Assembly (NCBI GenBank): GCA_963693365.1
Contig: CAVNZM010000017.1
Span: 124,001 to 188,000, forward strand
Direction of reading: 5' to 3'
Source of the DNA: Amoebidium appalachense
Lineage: Eukaryota > Protista > Ichthyosporea
Length of the DNA: 64,000 nucleotides
The notes under the pieces were generated by a model. It was given only the letters and a program-made list of their open reading frames with translations, was not told where the DNA came from and did no database searches. The position numbers were made by a program, and so were the translations under genes. Shown in pieces: positions 58,312-64,000 of the stretch. Positions within the stretch are counted from its first letter, which is position 1, and each line of letters starts with the position of its first letter.

Positions 58312-59099
58312 AAAAAAAAAAAAAAAAACCCACACACAAAACAAACAAGTACCCATCCCACGCAACCCCACAGACGCTATTGTACACGCCGGTTACACCA
58401 CTCCAGCTTCCAACATTTAAATATCTAGAACAAGTAACACTTGTACAGTGACCGTGATTCATCTCGAGCCATACCCTTGCTTAATACCAACCATTAATAT
58501 GCAAACTAACACACACACTCTATCACACTCACAAGCCTAGTACGCAACATATACGCACACACACGTACATGTGATCAGTGACACTAACATTTTCGACTAC
58601 TTCGAATGTTCCAAGTGATAATACTGATATGGAAGATTTTTCCTTGGTATACCCTTTGTTCATTTTACCTTTGCAACTTATTCTTATTCTACCCCACCCT
58701 TTATTTTTTTAATCATTGACCTCGCGTTTGGATACATAGGCGGATCTGGACATCGATGGACTTATATAAATTCGCATAAATGTGCAGATATATATGTAGC
58801 CTATCAGAGCGATTAAATAATCCGATTTAGAGTTCGATCATGATGGTCAGATATCTGCGTCTTCTGAAACGGGTGCTTTTTCTCGTATTAGAAGATTGGA
58901 TACATATCATGGCGCAGGTATTCCCAAGTTTACAGACAGCAACACACTGTCGACATGAGCTGCCACATGTATGAACATAAACCAAACGTGTCAGAGCCAC
59001 GGAACTTTCTGCTCGAGTCTGTTTTCTACGTTTACCTAGAAAAGAAGTCTTTATATTCACCAAGCATGCCGCGTTATTCCCCCCTTCCTGTAGCAGAGA

Positions 59100-59540
59100 A
59101 TGCAATCAGTGATCCTGTAGTGTTATTTTACTCCCAGGACATTGCGCCCGAAAGCGATGTAGGGTTTCCAAAGAACCGTGTCATCAGGGGAGATGAGGCC
59201 TTCACGCAGTTTGATTTGGTCGAAGTAAGGGTTATGGGGGAAGCAGGGCCACACTATGCCATCATTCGTAAATTCGTGCAAGCAGAAAATGGCGAGGTCA
59301 AAGCAGAAGTCTCATGGGTTCTTACGAAAAGCCAGCTTCAGAGATATTTTTTTGTCTTTGCAACCACCAATTCTAATGCAGGTGCACACGACCGCACAGT
59401 GCACCTGCCCAACGAGCTTTATATTAGTGATTGAAAAGACGTCATAGACGTTAACGCAATAGAGAAACGGGCATACAGCGGCCAGCTGGTTCATCACGAT
59501 TACCGCACAGGTGATGGACAGCCCTTTTATCGGTCGTTAG
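59100..59540 (+). pseudogene. BAH (bromo-adjacent homology) domain remnant with an in-frame TGA at 59432
   Basis: F...DLVEV......HYAIIRKF....NGEVKAEVSWV...NELYISD*KDVIDVNAIEKR...FYR fits the BAH pattern. Confidence 0.6.
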
Positions 59541-60897
59541 CGCGCGTGCACAGCGCGCCCAAGGACCGGCTGCTTGTGCCGGCCAGGAAGGCCCCTCCCT
59601 TGAATTTGTAAGTGGTGCTTGTCGGGATGCTTTTGTTTGTTGGTGGCTTATCGACTGAAATCCCCTTGTTGTGCACAGTTTCCGTTTTCTGGGACTGTCA
59701 GCAGCAGCTGGGGACGTATGGCTGCATCTTTGGCCGGTGCTGCAGCTGTACCTTTTGCAGATGTAGGTATTTGTTCCGTGACCCCCCGTACACAAGCATC
59801 TGCTTTGTTTTCACAACTGCATTTTTGTTGCATTGAGCATGCCGTCCTTTTTCATCAATCTAACTTTTTGCCCTTACAAAGATGGTGTGAAGATGTGGCT
59901 TCCTCTCCCACATAGATGAACGTTACATAAGGCATGTAACTGAAGGTATTTTTCAAGTGTGTTTAATAGGTTTGAGAAGAAAGCCTCGCTGATACTACAA
60001 CAGTAAGTAGTATAGAATTAATGATGGTGATACGTTTTTCCAGCTTCCACAGTGCGGTGCAGACCTACCGTCTCAACCTCAACAGGGCCTGGATCAGCAG
60101 CACCTACATCATTCCGCTGCGCCAGTTTGCGGCCATGGTTGTTCGGCAACTCCCTGGGGCTGTCACAACGCTCGCGCCGGTTAAGCGCCGGCTCAAGGTA
60201 TCACCCTTCCCCCCTCCCCCTTTCCCCTAAACCTTCTCCTCATCCACCACAGCTCCTCTTCCATCCCTTCCACCTTCCTGTCTCCCTCTCCCCCTTCTCT
60301 CTAAGCTGCTGTGGCGTAGAAAATCCTGTTTATTTTGACACGTGTATACACAGTTATTGCCGGGCTGATGCTGTGGTGTAAGTAACAGGCGATTTACCAC
60401 AGGGAAACTCTCTCTCCCCCCCCCCCCCCCCTCCCCCCCCCCACCCCCCCACCACGACACACGCACCCCCCCCCCCCCCCCCCCTGGCTCCTCGCTCTTT
60501 CCTCTGCAGGTGCGCATCACATCTGTAAAGCAGATGACTGCACTGCACTGCTGGGGGAGGACTGGGAGAAGCACCGGGGGCTGTATGGCGGTGGTAGGAC
60601 TGTAGGGTTGCGCGTGAATGCTTTTCTCATTTATTGCCTTGATTCCCAAAAGATGACTTTAAGGTTCAATCATTGGGTAGTTTACAACAACAATGATGTA
60701 GCTCTGTACGAAATCCTTTTTAAATAGCAGATAAACCCAGATGCAGGCCCGGTGCCTTTGACTCCTTAGAGTTGGGGGTGTGCTCATATAGGAATTATCT
60801 AGATATTAACGTCTGAGTTTGCCCGTGCATAAGTAAAACAGTTTACCAGTTCAAATCTTTCGAAGACCCCCCCCCCCCCCCCCCCCCCCCCCCCCGC

Positions 60898-60926
<29 letters not shown>

Positions 60927-60928
<2 letters not shown>

Positions 60929-61034
60929 TTGGAATACGTCACCATGTATGACAGCAAGAGCCTTGAAGTATGTATGTATCTTAGCTTGTTTGTATTCGTG
61001 TCTGCTTTCCTTCTTTGTGCTCTTTCTATTTTCT

Positions 61035-61119
<85 letters not shown>

Positions 61120-61862
61120 CCCCCCCCCCCCCCCCCGTATCTCTCTCTCCCTTGTTTCTGTGGGCACAGATATCTGTAGATCTGTGCACACCTGGCTCTC
61201 TTGCCTGATAAGAACTTATTGTATTTTATTTCTGTTTGCTCTCCTCTGTTTATCTGAGAGGTAGCGTGATTGGCTAGCTACATTCGTTGTCTTTGTTTTA
61301 TTTCAAAATGGCTTAGTTTTGTTCTCAAAAGGATGGCTCGCCAATAGTCGCGAGCGAGTACATCTGTAGATCGTGTTGTGCATTCCTGTCTATTAATATA
61401 TGTGTGTTGTGATTGGACAATAGATATATATGGAATTCGGTTTATTGCAAAGTGTCTTCACTTTGAGAGTGTCGACTATTAGGAAATATATCATTATTTA
61501 AATAAGTTTCTTTATAGAGACGAACATAAATATATGTGAGTTAATAGTGACAAGATGTATAATTACTTAATTTATTTAAGTAAGAGTTTCTAAACTTTGG
61601 TTTAATCGGAAGTTGGAATGCGTATGCTCTGTCGGAATCAGTGTTTTTCTATCTTCTGATAGAACCGATTGGTTCTCCCTCTTTAGTTGTGATAAGATGA
61701 TAAGTCGCAAGTACAAAAGGAACCGAGAGCACAATAAAGAATCAGTTGTTGTTTGAATCTTTCAATGTCTCGTGAACAACTCCGATTGCCCTCTCATTAA
61801 TGCGTTAGTCGTGTTTTACATGACACCCCTGTGCACTCTGCTCCCTTAGACCCGTACAAAAC

Positions 61863-61866
<4 letters not shown>
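60927..61866 (+). mobile_element. Solo LTR of the Copia A family within a (CA)n tract
   Basis: Complete TGTTGG...ACAACA with CACAC on both sides and no internal region. Confidence 0.92.
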
Positions 61867-61932
<66 letters not shown>

Positions 61933-62109
61933 CCCCCCGGCCTCCAAGAGCCTGATCAGGAAAGGGAAAAAAAAAAAGGCTTGAATTGTGCACCACCAGA
62001 TCATCAGTGCCATTTTTTTCTTCCCCTTTCCCTTTTTTTCCTGCATTCGGACACACACAAAGGGGTTGAGCCTTGGAGAAAAGGGAAGAAGGTGACTAGA
62101 TGGTGGTGT

Positions 62110-62157
<48 letters not shown>

Positions 62158-63192
62158 GATGCAACCATGATGTTTGCCTGGCTGTGTATGCGCCGCTCAG
62201 TTAAGTTACTTCACCAGTCCCACCTCCCCCCCCCCCCCCCCCCCCCTTCCTTTTCTGAACTCCATCAGTGCTGTATCCCTTCATATGTGTGAGTTTCAAA
62301 AACCATGTCTATTTTAGCACGTTCAAACACTCCTCCCCTCTCCCCTTCAGATCTGCTCAGCCAACCAGTCCCTCCCCTCCCCCCCCTGCTTCAATTCGAC
62401 TTGATGTCACCTCTGCAGAACGGGGGGAGGGGGGGGGGGGAGGGGCGGGATGCGCCGGATATGCATGCCTTTTTTTCCCTTTCTATCCCCCTCCCCCCCT
62501 CCCCCCCCCCCCCCTCCCCCCTCCCCCCACCCCGGCTTCCCCTTCCCCTCTTAGTAAGTCTTTGCTGTTCAACCTAGTCAACTTCCCTTCTCTCCCACCA
62601 GACGCGCTGTCACCTCTCTTCTTTTCAATTTGAGCTCAGCATACAAATTTATAGGCGCTTTGACTGCATGAGGTGGCGCCTTGGAACCTGAAGTGTGTGT
62701 GTGTGTGTGTCTCGGGGGGAGGGGGGGGGGGGGGGGGAGGGGGGGCCGTGGGCGACGGTGTGCGCCCATGCTTCGGCAAGGGATAGTGCCACATCATAAT
62801 TAGTATACGCCTCCCCCATGTACACATGCATTGATAAATCGACTCAATTGTGCGCGCAGGGGTCAATAAAAAAAACTTACGTGTACATCTTTATTTTTCT
62901 AAAAAAAAAAAAAAGAAAGAAAGGAAAAAGGGGGGTTTACGCTGTTTACTCGAGGCAAAGAGAACCAGTCTCAGGTATGGGGGGGGGTTTTGCTCGGAAT
63001 ATCCCCTCAGCGGTATATCATGATCACGTACATAGATGTCGGGTGGTGACTATATATCAGGGTTTACTTTCTCTACGAGACACCATAAAGACTACAAGGA
63101 GAAATCAATTAGTTGGGGTTCCCCGTTTTTTTTTTGTTTTTTTTTTTTGTTTTTTTAAAGGGGCTCCCCTCGGGACACTCGGTATCAGCTGG

Positions 63193-63279
<87 letters not shown>

Positions 63280-63283
63280 TGCG

Positions 63284-63853
63284 CTATAATTTTGTAGTGA
63301 TGTGTTTCTCAAGCCAATCAATACATCTAATAAACAGGTCGTAGTTACGCGTGTTTAGTATAAAATCAAGGATGTTGTAATTTACAGGTAGGCTATCTTT
63401 CTGGGTGTCTGTTGTGAATGTGACGTGTGTGTGTTGCGGTATTATGTGGTCTATCAAACTACATTTGGCGATACATGACCGGTTAAACTTGTGTGTGTGT
63501 GTGTTGTTTGGGCATGCAAATGATGCCACCTTATACTTATTAGATCTCCACTGTATAGCACGTGTACAGTAAAAGCGTGGTAATTGATCAATAATACCAT
63601 CAGCTAGAGAAAGACCAGTTCTACAGGAAGGTAATATGTATTTAGGTGTTATACACTTGCGAGTGCCATATTTGGCAATATGGTTGAGGCGGTCAGTATA
63701 TATAAAACGAGACATAAGGCTTAGTTTTTCAAGGTGTATGCTTTCATCGGGTCTAGTGTCGTGTGGTATCTTTTTCCATTTGTTATATTGCGTGATTATC
63801 TTGTGATTGTGTACATGTTTAATAAGTAAGTGGCAGTCCAAAGTCACACACAC
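63284..63853 (-). pseudogene. Probable 3' end of a 5'-truncated non-LTR retrotransposon ORF
   Basis: AT-rich ORF with IQWR......CP......FNRSC...C...NILDFILN, followed directly by a (CA)n tail. Confidence 0.35.
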
Positions 63854-64000
63854 ACTATTGCGGGGTTTATTTGTATTTGTGCCCAGGGGAGAAGGGGAGA
63901 GAGGGGAGGAAAGAGGGGAGAGGTGAGGAGGGGACAGGTCGGATAGAGAAGAGAGGGTGGGAGGGCAAATACTTCTTTAAGCGGCTTATGTGCTTATTGA

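Noticed and set aside
1-64000. Many ORFs rich in poly-Pro/Gly, HT, CV, ER or LS runs
   Set aside because: They are translations of poly-C/G and (CA)n/(CT)n microsatellites, not genes.

Overview
Eukaryotic, microsatellite- and poly-C-rich genomic DNA dominated by nested mobile elements. The window opens with the last four exons of a host sideroflexin gene. Just after its stop codon sits a Ty1/Copia element (A, 4194-42333). Its gag is interrupted by a 31.1-kb endogenous Polinton-like virus (PLV; 5400-36512) with ~460-bp terminal inverted repeats and a 5-bp CGAGG target duplication. The virus encodes a ~1850-aa protein-primed PolB (two frameshifts), a poxvirus/NCLDV-type late transcription factor (VLTF3-like), a double-jelly-roll major capsid, an A32-like packaging ATPase, a penton, three paralogous fibre-like proteins, a 7-TM membrane protein, a possible SSB and only a stub of a probable integrase. 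A second Copia (B, 26917-33688, minus strand) cuts the virus and has no TSD, which suggests a recombinational deletion. Downstream are an unidentified spliced gene, more Copia-A LTR copies, a Ty3/Gypsy chromovirus (48909-57017), a BAH-domain remnant and a probable LINE 3' end. All protein calls rest on motif recognition by eye; no searches were run. Many frameshifts fall in homopolymers and may be sequencing errors.
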